Source: an uncultured virus (IMG/VR IMGVR_UViG_3300038805_000284)
Lineage: Duplodnaviria > Heunggongvirae > Uroviricota > Caudoviricetes
Strand: one strand, 5' to 3'
Length of the DNA: 64,000 bases
Virus record (IMG/VR): IMGVR_UViG_3300038805_000284
Shown here: one piece after another, positions 29,096 to 38,927 of the stretch
Numbering within the stretch: the stretch's first letter is position 1
Layout of the letters: every line of letters starts with the position of its first letter
The notes under the pieces: model-generated
Told to the model about the DNA's origin: nothing
The model's database searches: none
Seen by the model: the letters and a program-made list of their open reading frames with translations, nothing else
Made by a program: the position numbers and the translations under genes

Positions 29096-30016
29096 TCAGC
29101 CTCCTAAAAATGCTCTTTTCAATTTACCAATAATTCCGCCCATACCACGGACACTATCATAAAAATATTCCGGATCTGAATCACGGATTTCAATCAAATT
29201 AGTCAATACTTGCGAATAATCATAGTTTTTAACGCTCATTTCATCTCGTGTATACCGCAAGTAATCCAAAGAGTCAAACGAATTATTGATGTAATCTTCA
29301 AAACCCATAAGATTTCTTGATATTTCATCTAACCCGTTTTCAGATAAACCGTTCAAGTATTCCGTCAAGCCTTCCAAGGTAATAACAGCATTGCGAATAT
29401 CTTCATCTGGCGATCTATTATTGTAATGTGAATTCTGCATAAGTTCTGTTAAGTTATTAGATTCATTATAGATTTCCGTTAAGGAATCTCGGGCATTTTT
29501 TAATGCCGTGTTAATTCTAGCCACAGAATCCAATAAACCAGTAACAGTGTCGACTCCCTTATCGGATGTGGAATATTTCTTTTCAAGGATGTCTTTCGCC
29601 TGTTCCATAGTAACAGGTCTCATAGGTATCTTGTCCATGTAGACACCTGGAATGTTAAAATTATAAAAAGATACCAAACCTTCTTGATTTATGTGCAATC
29701 CGATCTCGCTTAATGCGTCCAAGTAAACGCCCATATCATTGCTTTCATGAGCAACTTGCGATTCTTTGCGCACATCTTTCAATTGTCTGTTAGTGAAGCG
29801 TAAAGACCTCTTTATCACAGATTTCATGTGACGTTCATCTTCTTTGGAAGCAAACTTCGTCTGAATCCCAAGATCAACTAACCCTAATGTAAAATAATAC
29901 CTTTCGCCTTCTGGAAGCGACTTCAAAATCATTTGATAAATATACGGCGATAACATGCCGGTATCGTCTGCGGCAAGTTTCGCCCTTTCTATCGCATCAT
30001 TCAGTTGTATTGGCAT
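29096..30016 (-). CDS. Hypothetical protein
   Basis: Long helical ORF. The start is uncertain (30016 or 30064). Confidence 0.55.
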   Translation of the reverse strand: MPIQLNDAIERAKLAADDTGMLSPYIYQMILKSLPEGERYYFTLGLVDLGIQTKFASKEDERHMKSVIKRSLRFTNRQLKDVRKESQVAHESNDMGVYLDALSEIGLHINQEGLVSFYNFNIPGVYMDKIPMRPVTMEQAKDILEKKYSTSDKGVDTVTGLLDSVARINTALKNARDSLTEIYNESNNLTELMQNSHYNNRSPDEDIRNAVITLEGLTEYLNGLSENGLDEISRNLMGFEDYINNSFDSLDYLRYTRDEMSVKNYDYSQVLTNLIEIRDSDPEYFYDSVRGMGGIIGKLKRAFLGG

Positions 30017-30243
30017 AAGGAAAGTCCTGTGTGTAAGGTTTTCACAAAGCACAGTATAACACAATTATGAATGGATTTCTTAATTAGGCTCTTCTGGAAG
30101 GCAAGTATCAAACCAGTCTTTGCACAATTCTTTTTTGCAATAATCCATTTTCTGATTAAAGCATCTCGGCTTGGTAGACTCTAAAGATACAGACTCATAA
30201 TCTATATCTTCAATGGTTTCTGATACCTGTTTGCGCTTTGGTT

Positions 30244-30582
30244 TCACGCTTTTTCACGGGCCTTGGCAAAACGCTTCCGGGCTGCTTCTGCCTTTTCAGG
30301 ATCAACCGGTTCATTAAACGTCAAACCAACACGCTTCGGATTCATATAAAATACGTTGGTATCCGGTTCCAATTTCCGATACGGCATGAACTGGTACAGG
30401 GGGCAACGCACAACCTCGCAATCCACCTTGCCGTCGCTGTAATACCCGCAACAATGGTGGCACTGCAACATGATAGCGTTGTTTCGTGTTACGTTCAGTT
30501 TCACGGCATCTTCTGGAATAACGTGCCCGTTAAATTGTTTAATGTCCTTTTCAATCACGCCTTGGAATTTTGCTTTCGCCAT
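30244..30582 (-). CDS. Cys-rich putative metal-binding protein
   Basis: 'AIMLQCHHCCG....KVDC....CPLY..MPY'. It has its own RBS and promoter. Confidence 0.6.
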   Translation of the reverse strand: MAKAKFQGVIEKDIKQFNGHVIPEDAVKLNVTRNNAIMLQCHHCCGYYSDGKVDCEVVRCPLYQFMPYRKLEPDTNVFYMNPKRVGLTFNEPVDPEKAEAARKRFAKAREKA

Positions 30583-30624
30583 AATGGCCTCCTTTTGTTT
30601 AAAAATTTAGCAAAACATTGTAAA

Positions 30625-30653
30625 TTTTACAGTAAAATTAAAGAAGTGTCAAT
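30625..30653 (-). promoter_or_regulatory. Sigma70-like promoter
   Basis: TTGACA-17-TAAAAT upstream of 30582. Confidence 0.6.
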
Positions 30654-32779
30654 TAAATTTTTCCTGGTCTGAAAATTTTTGGCTGGAAACCTGCACCGGA
30701 AGCATTCAGGCGCTTCACTAGTTCACGGCGTCTACCTGAATCTAACCGATTAACAACTGAATCTTTGATCAATACGTTCACTCCAATAATACAACGCGCA
30801 ACGTCATCTGAACCACGTCCCCGAACACTACCCTTGGCCGGTGCAATTACTTTTTTCAGATCCGCTGAACGCTCTAAACGCAACAATTCCACCAAAGCAA
30901 CTGTTTCTGCCGACATCAATTCCTCATTCATTCCCATGTGAAGCACGCCCTCTTCTGTCATGAAGGTATGATCGGAAGGGTCTGGGGGCAACATGCTTAC
31001 TTGATCGTTATAAATTTGTTGCAGGAATGTCATGAAATCTTCTGACTTCAAACGAACCTTATTGGATTGAATTCCTAAATCTCGAATGCTTTGAATTGAT
31101 GAAATGGATTGCCATTGGTCAAACGCTACCGTTGCGATTTTCCATTTCTTTTTCAACTCTTTAATAATATCTAATAAACTATTGAAATAAATTTCACGTT
31201 CGCGTGTCGGCACAATTCGATAGCACCAATCAATAACCGTTACAAGCCTGCCCAGGTTTTCGCCTTGCATTTCTTTTCTGGCCAATGCCATTGGGGAGTC
31301 CGGGTGACAATCGATTTGAGAAATGTGAGATCCTTCTTGCGGCAAAACAATATCATTGTTGACAATAAGCGGCCTTTTATCTCTTGAGAAATGTTCCGGG
31401 GACATAATTTCAGGATGTGCGCAAACAATCGAAAAAGAGTCAAACACGTGGCCAGCGTCACAAAAAATGTAATGCGTATCCTTCCAATTGTATGGAACAC
31501 TTTCAACTTCTGCACCGACGTACTTCTTGCCTGTTTTATCTGTAATGTGAGTTTTACGAAATTTAACTGTTGGTTTTCTATTAAAATCGATGCTTTTCCA
31601 AAATCGAATCGGATTATCCACGTACGGCGTTGCTGCCATAGGTGGATTAGAACCAAAGTCACGTTCAGCACCTATCGGATCTTTTGCGTACTCTTCAACA
31701 AAATCATCTCGGGTTAATTCCGGGTTAAACTCCCAGGTTGCACCTTTCCAGTAAAAAGTTCTCTTCAATTCGCCCTTAACAGCTTTAGCGTACATGGTCA
31801 TTGCCTCGTCATCAATCGAAATCGGTGACGTAACGTTCACCATTAAACCGAAAAAAGGTGGCAAATTATACTTCCTGACAGCACCTCGAACAGTTTTCAA
31901 AGATTGGTTCAAAACCCGGTACAATTCTTTCGCAGACATTTTGGAATCGGATACAGATAACCGGGACAACTCATCAATTGCTGAAAAGATTCGAGTCCTT
32001 CCGGCAATACCACCCGAGTTTGAAGACACCCGGTTAAAACGTACTTGCAAGTATTCATCATTTACCACATTATCCAGTTCTTTGTATTCCCACCGGTTAA
32101 TATCCCCAATCTGCAATCTTTCCTGTTCTTTTACCCATTCAACAGCCCTGACAATCCATGGCGAATTGCTGCGCATACCCCGATACTTTGCATATATCGT
32201 ATCACGCGCCTGCGTCGCTGTAGAGGCTGCAAAGGTTACTTCGAAGAATTCTGCCTTCTCTTGGTGGAGCAGCCTTGGGATGGCCATCCTGCCCCCCCTG
32301 GCAGCATATACGCGCAATACATGCTCTATATACCCGCCAATATGAGCGCCTAGGAAAGATTTGCCGCTACGCATTCCGGCAATTGTCAACAATTCATTGT
32401 AAGGTTGGATAACGCCGTCTTCTACATATTCTTGATACGTATTGCCGCATTTTGGGCACTTGAAGTCATTATCGGCGTCACTCCACTCCAAAAGCACTTC
32501 GCTTTCGAGATATGATCTTGACTTCCCCCAACAATCGATTGCTTCTGCGTCTTGCGAATTGCAGTTTTTACAACGCAACCCGAACAAGTCCCTTAATATC
32601 TGATATTGCCGAGTAAACTTAAAAGTTGTCGGGACATTCCAATAATCTACGCCCGTAACCCACTGAATTATATTCGGAGCAAAATGGGATAAATACGCCT
32701 TTTCCTTATCGGCATCGCCAATTCCCGTTATCTTTTGAGAAATTATATTAGAAAGATCACTAAAAGATTCAAACATCAA
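30653..32779 (-). CDS. terL: Terminase large subunit
   Basis: Walker A 'IAGMRSGKS', Walker B 'SAIDE', coupling motif 'VTSP', and nuclease 'DAG..FDSF', 'FDQWQS', 'SDDVA'. Confidence 0.92.
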   Translation of the reverse strand: MMFESFSDLSNIISQKITGIGDADKEKAYLSHFAPNIIQWVTGVDYWNVPTTFKFTRQYQILRDLFGLRCKNCNSQDAEAIDCWGKSRSYLESEVLLEWSDADNDFKCPKCGNTYQEYVEDGVIQPYNELLTIAGMRSGKSFLGAHIGGYIEHVLRVYAARGGRMAIPRLLHQEKAEFFEVTFAASTATQARDTIYAKYRGMRSNSPWIVRAVEWVKEQERLQIGDINRWEYKELDNVVNDEYLQVRFNRVSSNSGGIAGRTRIFSAIDELSRLSVSDSKMSAKELYRVLNQSLKTVRGAVRKYNLPPFFGLMVNVTSPISIDDEAMTMYAKAVKGELKRTFYWKGATWEFNPELTRDDFVEEYAKDPIGAERDFGSNPPMAATPYVDNPIRFWKSIDFNRKPTVKFRKTHITDKTGKKYVGAEVESVPYNWKDTHYIFCDAGHVFDSFSIVCAHPEIMSPEHFSRDKRPLIVNNDIVLPQEGSHISQIDCHPDSPMALARKEMQGENLGRLVTVIDWCYRIVPTREREIYFNSLLDIIKELKKKWKIATVAFDQWQSISSIQSIRDLGIQSNKVRLKSEDFMTFLQQIYNDQVSMLPPDPSDHTFMTEEGVLHMGMNEELMSAETVALVELLRLERSADLKKVIAPAKGSVRGRGSDDVARCIIGVNVLIKDSVVNRLDSGRRRELVKRLNASGAGFQPKIFRPGKI

Positions 32780-32996
32780 ATTCGCTTTCAGGATCTACAT
32801 GAAAACCTGTCAATTCCTCATGAGATTCTGTACCGTAAAGAACCAAGAAACCGTCTTTACTTTCATACGTTCTGTCCACCGTCAAACAGTCGAAACCTTT
32901 GTTTAACCACTCGCTGTTCAGGTTAACAAAGTATTCCGAAATATCTAACGGATCTCCCAAAAGAACGTGGTCTCTTATGTTACACAGAACCTTCAT
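32769..32996 (-). CDS. Hypothetical protein
   Basis: Coupled small ORF in the packaging operon. Confidence 0.5.
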   Translation of the reverse strand: MKVLCNIRDHVLLGDPLDISEYFVNLNSEWLNKGFDCLTVDRTYESKDGFLVLYGTESHEELTGFHVDPESEFDV

Positions 32997-33271
32997 ACAA
33001 CCTCGGCAATCAAATTACTTAAAACAACACTGTTCATGTTGGCATCTTTTCTTTTTCCGTTCACCTTAACTATTCTGTACTTAACCCCATCAATGTAAAA
33101 TTTGAAAGTTTTCTCATCAACTTTGTCCTTCCCGTGTAAAGAAAGCAAAGCAATTTCCAACTTACTGCCTTTCACGTAGTTGTCATCTCGAAGCACCACC
33201 CTGCCAATCGGAACACCGTACTTGTCCCTGGCCAGCCTATCCATCCGAAATGTTTCAACGCTGTAAGTCAT
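32993..33271 (-). CDS. Hypothetical protein
   Basis: Coupled small ORF in the packaging operon. Confidence 0.55.
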   Translation of the reverse strand: MTYSVETFRMDRLARDKYGVPIGRVVLRDDNYVKGSKLEIALLSLHGKDKVDEKTFKFYIDGVKYRIVKVNGKRKDANMNSVVLSNLIAEVV

Positions 33272-34137
33272 CTCAAATTATACTTTCTTGTCACTTTCTC
33301 AAAAATGGCTTCGCTTTGCGGTTTGACCACATCCGAAAGCCGTTGCCGGATGTTCGTGACAATCTCATCTGGCAAACTGGATTGAGGCATTTCTGCCCGT
33401 AACGTGTGCCGAACATCCTCGGTTACAAGCAAAAGCAATTCAAAAAACTGCGTTGTTGTCAAAGAAATCGCAGTGTGTACGGCCTCGCCAGCAATGGTGA
33501 CAGTATTTCTAAGTGCTGTCAAGTCTCTTTTCAGTTTGAACAGTGCTGCCACTTGCTTCTGGTAAGCATCGATTTCATGAATCGTTAACCGCTGATTGTT
33601 TGTGATTTTGTCCTTAATCTGCTTATCATAATACTCCATAGCAATTTCTAAGGATTCAATCATAGTACTCAAAGAAGAGTACTCTGTCAAACCTCGGTTG
33701 CTTTCCTTAAGCCTGAACTCGGCTTCCTGGAAATACTCTTGGTCCATAAACTCTTTTATTTCAGGTGCCGATTCTTTCTTTTTATTTGCCTTCTTTTGCA
33801 TGAAATGCAATTTCAGCAATTGGAAGTCTTGACAGTGTGGGTTCCTTTTTTTACTGAAATGGTATGTAAATGTGGGATAGTAAATTTTCTTTAAAAACCG
33901 AGAATCATTCGGATCAAGAGTCGCATTGATTTCCGGCAAACGCTTCTCGTTTAAAAAATCTGCCACTTCGGAAGCTGGCATACCCTTGTTGTTGATCATG
34001 TCGTGAATCTCTACCCACAGATACGTGTGAGTATGGAACAAACTACAGATTCGACAGCCAGGAACAAAGTTTACTTTCTTCTGTATAAGGGAATGCTTCT
34101 TTACGGGCTTCTTTTCGCTCTTCTTTTTAGTCGCCAT
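33268..34137 (-). CDS. Putative terminase small subunit
   Basis: N-terminal CxxC...H HTH-like segment followed by long helices, upstream of terL. Confidence 0.5.
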   Translation of the reverse strand: MATKKKSEKKPVKKHSLIQKKVNFVPGCRICSLFHTHTYLWVEIHDMINNKGMPASEVADFLNEKRLPEINATLDPNDSRFLKKIYYPTFTYHFSKKRNPHCQDFQLLKLHFMQKKANKKKESAPEIKEFMDQEYFQEAEFRLKESNRGLTEYSSLSTMIESLEIAMEYYDKQIKDKITNNQRLTIHEIDAYQKQVAALFKLKRDLTALRNTVTIAGEAVHTAISLTTTQFFELLLLVTEDVRHTLRAEMPQSSLPDEIVTNIRQRLSDVVKPQSEAIFEKVTRKYNLR

Positions 34138-34153
34138 ACCGGAACCTACCTTT

Positions 34154-34636
34154 CTACCTGTCCAAGAAATCTACGGCTTTTTTATCATCTAAAGCCTTTA
34201 AAATGAGATTCTTGAGTTCGTTCTCTTTTTTGTTGGCTTCATCAAGTCGCATTTCCAATTTTTCAATCGATTTTCCATGCGAAGCGACTACAAACTCCAT
34301 CCGGTCAATAAACCGCAATGCAGCAACTCCCATGGTGAGAAAAAACACCAGGATGCTAAAGCCTACACCGGCCTGCCACACGTAAAGCCTTTTGATTGAA
34401 CGGTCATTCTCTAGGATGTTGGTGGCATTCAAACACAAATGCGGTGTTGACACTTTTTTGTCGAGTTTCGCCTGTTCCTCTTTGATGTATGCAACCTTCT
34501 CTTCTAGCCGTTCCATCTCGGAATCGAAGATGCTTTTCTCTACCTTGTCTTTCAATTCCCTCTCAATACGGGTTAGCGTCTGGTCTACTCGTTTGATTTC
34601 AACGGGAGTATTTTCTCTCATAGTGTTGTTTTCCAT
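34154..34636 (-). CDS. Coiled-coil membrane protein (holin / XhlA-like)
   Basis: Coiled coil, single TM (VWQAGVGFSILVFFLTMGVAAL), coiled coil. Confidence 0.45.
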   Translation of the reverse strand: MENNTMRENTPVEIKRVDQTLTRIERELKDKVEKSIFDSEMERLEEKVAYIKEEQAKLDKKVSTPHLCLNATNILENDRSIKRLYVWQAGVGFSILVFFLTMGVAALRFIDRMEFVVASHGKSIEKLEMRLDEANKKENELKNLILKALDDKKAVDFLDR

Positions 34637-34844
34637 AGCCTCAAAAACGCAATTTTCTTTTTTCAGCGAATGAAGCTAGTATGCTTCGGGTTTTGATGTA
34701 TCGCGCAATTTTCCTTTTTATTACCTGAACAATACAATCTTACGTTAGATACACCTCTCCCCTTAATATAACATACATCTTTAGGATCTTTTTAAGTTTT
34801 AGATCCCATACATATATCTGTATCCCTAGCTGTAAATACAAAGT

Positions 34845-35272
34845 AGATCTAATATGATCTACATCAAAAAAACTTTAGTTTTTTTGATTAGCGCGAAGCG
34901 CTAATCCTAGTACCTGTTAATTAGCGCTTCGCGCTAACGTGTGGGGTTGAAAACCCCACACGTTTAGATCTCTATTACCTATCTTGGGATCTCCTAAAAC
35001 ACAAAGCCTTAAAAGGCCTTGTATATAAACCCTTGTATAAGGGTTGTATGAGCAAATGGGAATGGATTCCCATTTGGGAATAAGGAAGTCTATGTGTATT
35101 ATACGATTCGAAAAAATAAAAAATTGAAAAAAAATGATCTTTTTTTAAAAATAGTTGTAACTACTTGAAATCATTGAAGAAAAATTTTCACTTTTTTTAC
35201 GAATTTACATCGTAAGATGTTCTAAACACGACAGTATTCCAATAGTGACGCCCTGTGCGTCACTATTGAACA
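34845..35272. other. Non-coding cluster of inverted repeats (candidate origin / regulatory locus)
   Basis: At least 7 hairpins, e.g. 34886-34906, 34921-34937, 34936-34964, ~35053-35076 and ~35240-35268. Confidence 0.6.
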
Positions 35273-35308
35273 GTAAAATACCTAAATATCTGTTTTTATT
35301 GAGGTTTT

Positions 35309-35972
35309 TTAAGAATCGGCTTTAATTGAATAAATTTCCTGAATTTTCCTGAGAATGAATTCAGATTCTTTCAGAATGGCTTCCTTCTGACAGCCGCCGA
35401 TTATCAAGAAGTGCACGATGTCTTCTGCCGACATTTCAATATCCCGGACAGCATTCATGAGTTTTTGAAACTTATTCTTTTCAAACGATTTCATAGCGCA
35501 TTTCCGAGTTTGTCACACAAGGCCAGCAAAGTACTTAAAAAGTTTTTATCGCCGTTTTTGACAGCCTTTTTCATGATTTCCTCATTGCTAAGCCCTTGTT
35601 GGTAGAGTTCAATGATGTACTTTTCCTTTTCTGTGAATTTTAGAGGGGTTTTCGGCCTTGGTTTGATTTTCTTCTGAGACATTTTTAGTATCCTTTCTGT
35701 TAGATTTTCGTGAAAACGTCGTAAATGGACTTTACCATGTCCATGTCGCTTTCTGCAAGTTTTTTCCCGTTTATGCGAACCTGGTACAGGATGGAACTCA
35801 CCAATCTGTAAGGCGAGTCACTATTTACTTGCAATCCTAACTCGTTTGCGATACGATTCAGGGTGTTGACGTGGTTTGTCGAGATTCTTTCGGTAGGGTG
35901 TTTCAGGTGTTCGATTTCTGCTTTCAGAAAAGTAATTTGAACATCCTTAATTTTACAATCAATACATGCCAT
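35309..35972 (-). CDS. Three small hypothetical ORFs (35309-35494, 35491-35682 HTH-like, 35700-35972)
   Basis: ORF track. 'FTEKEKYIIELYQQGLSNEEI' resembles the start of a LuxR/sigma-4 HTH. Confidence 0.45.
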
Positions 35973-36058
35973 TTCTTTCAGTATTTTTACCAGGCTAGAG
36001 GAAGTTTCCTACAATAACCATACCACAAATATGTGGCAAAAACTAAGGAGTGAACAGT

Positions 36059-36265
36059 ATGAGTAACGTGTATCAAGAAAATGGTTTTGCGAATCGTAAA
36101 GAATACTTGAAGGATTTAGCGGACAGCTACGGGCTTCGGCTGTCTGACATCATGCCTCTAGCAGACATGCTAGGCGAAAATGAAGATTTTGACGGGTTGG
36201 TAACGGCTGTTGAGGATTATGCAGATCAACTTGAGGGGATGGGTGAAGACGGTGGATGGGATTGA
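36059..36265 (+). CDS. Small acidic phage protein
   Basis: MSNVYQENGFANRKEYLKDLADSYG...LGENEDFDGLV. RBS AAGGAG lies upstream. Confidence 0.65.
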   Translation: MSNVYQENGFANRKEYLKDLADSYGLRLSDIMPLADMLGENEDFDGLVTAVEDYADQLEGMGEDGGWD

Positions 36266-36608
36266 AGCGATAAATGTTACTTTGGTAACTGAACCGATTG
36301 TGTTCGAGGATCATCCTTTGGGCGATTCTTCTGAAACACGTGTCCGTGAATTGGACGGTGTTTATGAAGATGTTAGCGAGTTTGCCGACAGGGTGTTCTC
36401 TTACTTTGGGTACGGTAAGGAAATTCGTTTTCGGCACGTAGTTGACAACTACGGAAACTTTTACCTCCACCTGTACTTGAATGATGAACTCGTGAAACCT
36501 AATAAAAATGAAATTGAAAATTATTATAACAGGGTTTCTACGCTAAATTCTGGCCATATTTCTGCCAAAATAATTGGCGATTTTGGGCAGGATGTTATTG
36601 ATTTCTAG
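36255..36608 (+). CDS. Hypothetical protein
   Basis: + strand ORF coupled to the previous gene. The start is uncertain. Confidence 0.45.
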   Translation, partial: DGIEAINVTLVTEPIVFEDHPLGDSSETRVRELDGVYEDVSEFADRVFSYFGYGKEIRFRHVVDNYGNFYLHLYLNDELVKPNKNEIENYYNRVSTLNSGHISAKIIGDFGQDVIDF

Positions 36609-36883
36609 TTCAAGTCCTCTTTATTTCCCTTATAAACTTCCAACTGAATATCAATATCCTCTCTTTCAAATACTTTTGCATCAAACTCCAAACAGATTTT
36701 CAAGTTTTGACGCAACTGTTCCATTTCAAATTGGAAACGGATACCGATTAACGTCACTCTTTCAACTAGTGTTAAGGTGTCTGAATCGATGTTAATCTCT
36801 TCATTGAATTTCTTTACGAACTTTTCAGACTCTTCTTGAAGTGCTTCGTAAAGCATTGTGGCTTCACTGGTTTTAAATTTCAT
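36605..36883 (-). CDS. Hypothetical protein
   Basis: 92-aa ORF with RBS AGGAG. Confidence 0.55.
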   Translation of the reverse strand: MKFKTSEATMLYEALQEESEKFVKKFNEEINIDSDTLTLVERVTLIGIRFQFEMEQLRQNLKICLEFDAKVFEREDIDIQLEVYKGNKEDLN

Positions 36884-37047
36884 TTAAGTTTCTCCTTTTC
36901 ACGTTCTTTTTGTAGATATTCCCTATATCCTTTATAATAATCTTCTTCATACCCTTTATAATAATCTTCTTCATACGCTTTATAATAATCTTCTTCATAC
37001 ATTTTTCTTTCATACCATTCATCAATCGATTCAAAAAACAATCTCAC
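36880..37047 (-). CDS. 55-aa ORF with three YEEDYYK(A/G) repeats
   Basis: Manual translation. A 24-bp tandem repeat occurs three times in frame, and the ORF overlaps both neighbours (GTGA/ATGA). Confidence 0.5.
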   Translation of the reverse strand: MRLFFESIDEWYERKMYEEDYYKAYEEDYYKGYEEDYYKGYREYLQKEREKEKLK

Positions 37048-37415
37048 GGCTTAACCTCCAAAGATAGAATTTTGATACCCAGCTCATCTGCTTTTTTACG
37101 GCAAGTCTCGCAAGGCTCTATTTGCAGAAAATTTCCAGATCTTCCAACCCTGCATATTACTATTGTTTTTATGTTTTTTCGTAATGCTTCCCGCATTATG
37201 CGCATTTCTGCGTGTATTCCGCCACCTTTGCGCACAAATCGGGGGGAATTGGAAGCCTTGGCCACACATTCACCTTTGGCATTAAAACCGAAAGCAGATA
37301 TTCTAAATTTAGAAATCGATTCTTTTGCTTTTTTTGCCATCATATCGGGAAGTTGTGGATTTTTTAACATAATTGTAATTGACCTTTCAGTATTATGTTG
37401 GTAACATATTACCAT
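37044..37415 (-). CDS. Zn-dependent cytidine/dCMP deaminase-like protein
   Basis: HAE and PCxxC motifs ('IHAEMRI', 'EPCETC'). The true start is probably downstream of 37415. Confidence 0.8.
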   Translation of the reverse strand: MVICYQHNTERSITIMLKNPQLPDMMAKKAKESISKFRISAFGFNAKGECVAKASNSPRFVRKGGGIHAEMRIMREALRKNIKTIVICRVGRSGNFLQIEPCETCRKKADELGIKILSLEVKP

Positions 37416-37461
37416 ACGTGTTACTTCACGTCAACAAAAAGAAAGGTTCTTTTGGTCGCTT

Positions 37462-38082
37462 ATGAAGATTGTTTGCATATCTGATACCCACAGTTTACAC
37501 AAAAAAATTAAAATTCCCGAAGGTGATTTGTTAATTGTCGCTGGTGACGTTACTAACAAAGGTAATTTAACTGACTTAAGTATGTTTAATCAATGGTTAG
37601 GCAAGCTCAAATTCAAAGAAAAGGTCTGCATAGCAGGTAACCATGACTTTTGTTTTGAACGGGATTTGAGCCTCGCTAAAAGCGTTTTAAGCAACGCTAC
37701 GTACTTACATGACAGTGAAGTAATAATTGACGGCTTGAAGATTTACGGATCTCCATGGACGCCTAAATTCTTTAATTGGGCATTTAATGTGGACCGGGGA
37801 CCGGACATATGGAAGTATTGGGAAAATATACCCCTGGATACGGATATTTTGGTCACTCACGGGCCCCCTTATGGTATCCTGGATAAGAACCTAGCAGGAA
37901 CCTTTACAGGCTGTGAGAGCCTGTTTAGGCGCGTTTCAGAGCTGTCTTTAAAGTTGCATGTTTTTGGTCATATCCATGAAAGTTATGGCCAAGTAAAGAT
38001 TGGGGAAACTTTATTTGTAAATGCTTCAATTTGTGATGTTAATTATGCGCCAGTGAATGCGCCAATCGTTATCGAAATTTGA
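37462..38082 (+). CDS. Calcineurin-like metallophosphoesterase
   Basis: SDTH, AGD, GNHD, THGPP and GHIHE motifs. Confidence 0.92.
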   Translation: MKIVCISDTHSLHKKIKIPEGDLLIVAGDVTNKGNLTDLSMFNQWLGKLKFKEKVCIAGNHDFCFERDLSLAKSVLSNATYLHDSEVIIDGLKIYGSPWTPKFFNWAFNVDRGPDIWKYWENIPLDTDILVTHGPPYGILDKNLAGTFTGCESLFRRVSELSLKLHVFGHIHESYGQVKIGETLFVNASICDVNYAPVNAPIVIEI

Positions 38083-38088
38083 AGGAGT

Positions 38089-38280
38089 ATGCTTATGAAA
38101 AAAACCAAAAGACTTTTGAAAGCCGGGTCAAAGATTGAAGACGCATTAGAATTGCTTCAAGAAGAGATTGACATAAATCCAAAAAAGATTGGAGATTTAG
38201 ACAAGTTAATGGTAGAATTGGAAGGAATAAGCAGAAGATTTTTTGCAGTGTTTGACAAACAAGAAGGGACGGAGTATTAG
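38089..38280 (+). CDS. Hypothetical protein
   Basis: RBS AGGAG, 63 aa, follows the phosphoesterase. Confidence 0.55.
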   Translation: MLMKKTKRLLKAGSKIEDALELLQEEIDINPKKIGDLDKLMVELEGISRRFFAVFDKQEGTEY

Positions 38281-38756
38281 TAATTGACTCTGAAATAATG
38301 GCTGTTAACTTCATAATAGTTAGCGCTTAAATCATTAAATAAAGTACCACCAACATATTTAAATTTCATGAATCTGTCAACAAGGCTCTCATCTCTTTCA
38401 AATTCGTTTGCCAAACTTTCTTCGTCAATATCAAGTTCTCTTGCAATCATTTCAGAATCTAAAATGTAATCCAAAAGCATGTCAAGATCTTTAAGGTTAT
38501 TGTCCTCTTCTCTCATCTTATTTTCTACAAAATTTTCAAAAGATGAAAAACGTCCTTCATATGACTGTTCGAATTCATCTACCAGGCTTTCGGAACTGTT
38601 ATAATACTTCAAGTCGGCAAACTCTAAGAATGCAGAAAACCCATCAATACCATTCCTGTCCAAAAGATAGAACACATCTTCTACCTCTTCTCTTGAGAAA
38701 CTTTTACTGAGTTTGTTTCTTATTTGTTGTTCCGAGTCTTGTGCACGTCCTCTCAT
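38277..38756 (-). CDS. ArdA-like acidic protein (C-terminal ArdA domains)
   Basis: 'FEQSYEGRFSSFENFV...DYILDSEMIAREL...YYEVNSHYFR' is paralogous to the ArdA genes upstream. Confidence 0.65.
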   Translation of the reverse strand: MRGRAQDSEQQIRNKLSKSFSREEVEDVFYLLDRNGIDGFSAFLEFADLKYYNSSESLVDEFEQSYEGRFSSFENFVENKMREEDNNLKDLDMLLDYILDSEMIARELDIDEESLANEFERDESLVDRFMKFKYVGGTLFNDLSANYYEVNSHYFRVNY

Positions 38757-38773
38757 AGCCTTTAACTTCCTAA

Positions 38774-38798
38774 CTCTCTCTCTCTCTCTCTCTCTCTC
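38774..38798. repeat. (AG)12 microsatellite directly after an RBS-ATG
   Basis: 25-nt CT run on the + strand. The minus strand reads AAGGAGCATAACC-ATG-(AG)12. Confidence 0.9.
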
Positions 38799-38927
38799 AT
38801 GGTTATGCTCCTTTTGCTATAAAGTACAAGATAATTACTTGTAACAATAGGATTACTGGAATTATTTTTAAGTCTATTGATTTTTCAATAATGTAAGCCA
38901 TTTTCTCTGAAATCTTATCCACCACTT

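Noticed and set aside
30653..32779. Intein or intron in terL
   Set aside because: The ORF is continuous, with no C...HN-[CST] splice junctions or LAGLIDADG motifs.
243..34700. Numerous + strand ORFs of 60-180 aa in the track
   Set aside because: They are antisense shadows of long minus-strand structural genes (Ser/Phe/Leu-rich, no RBS).
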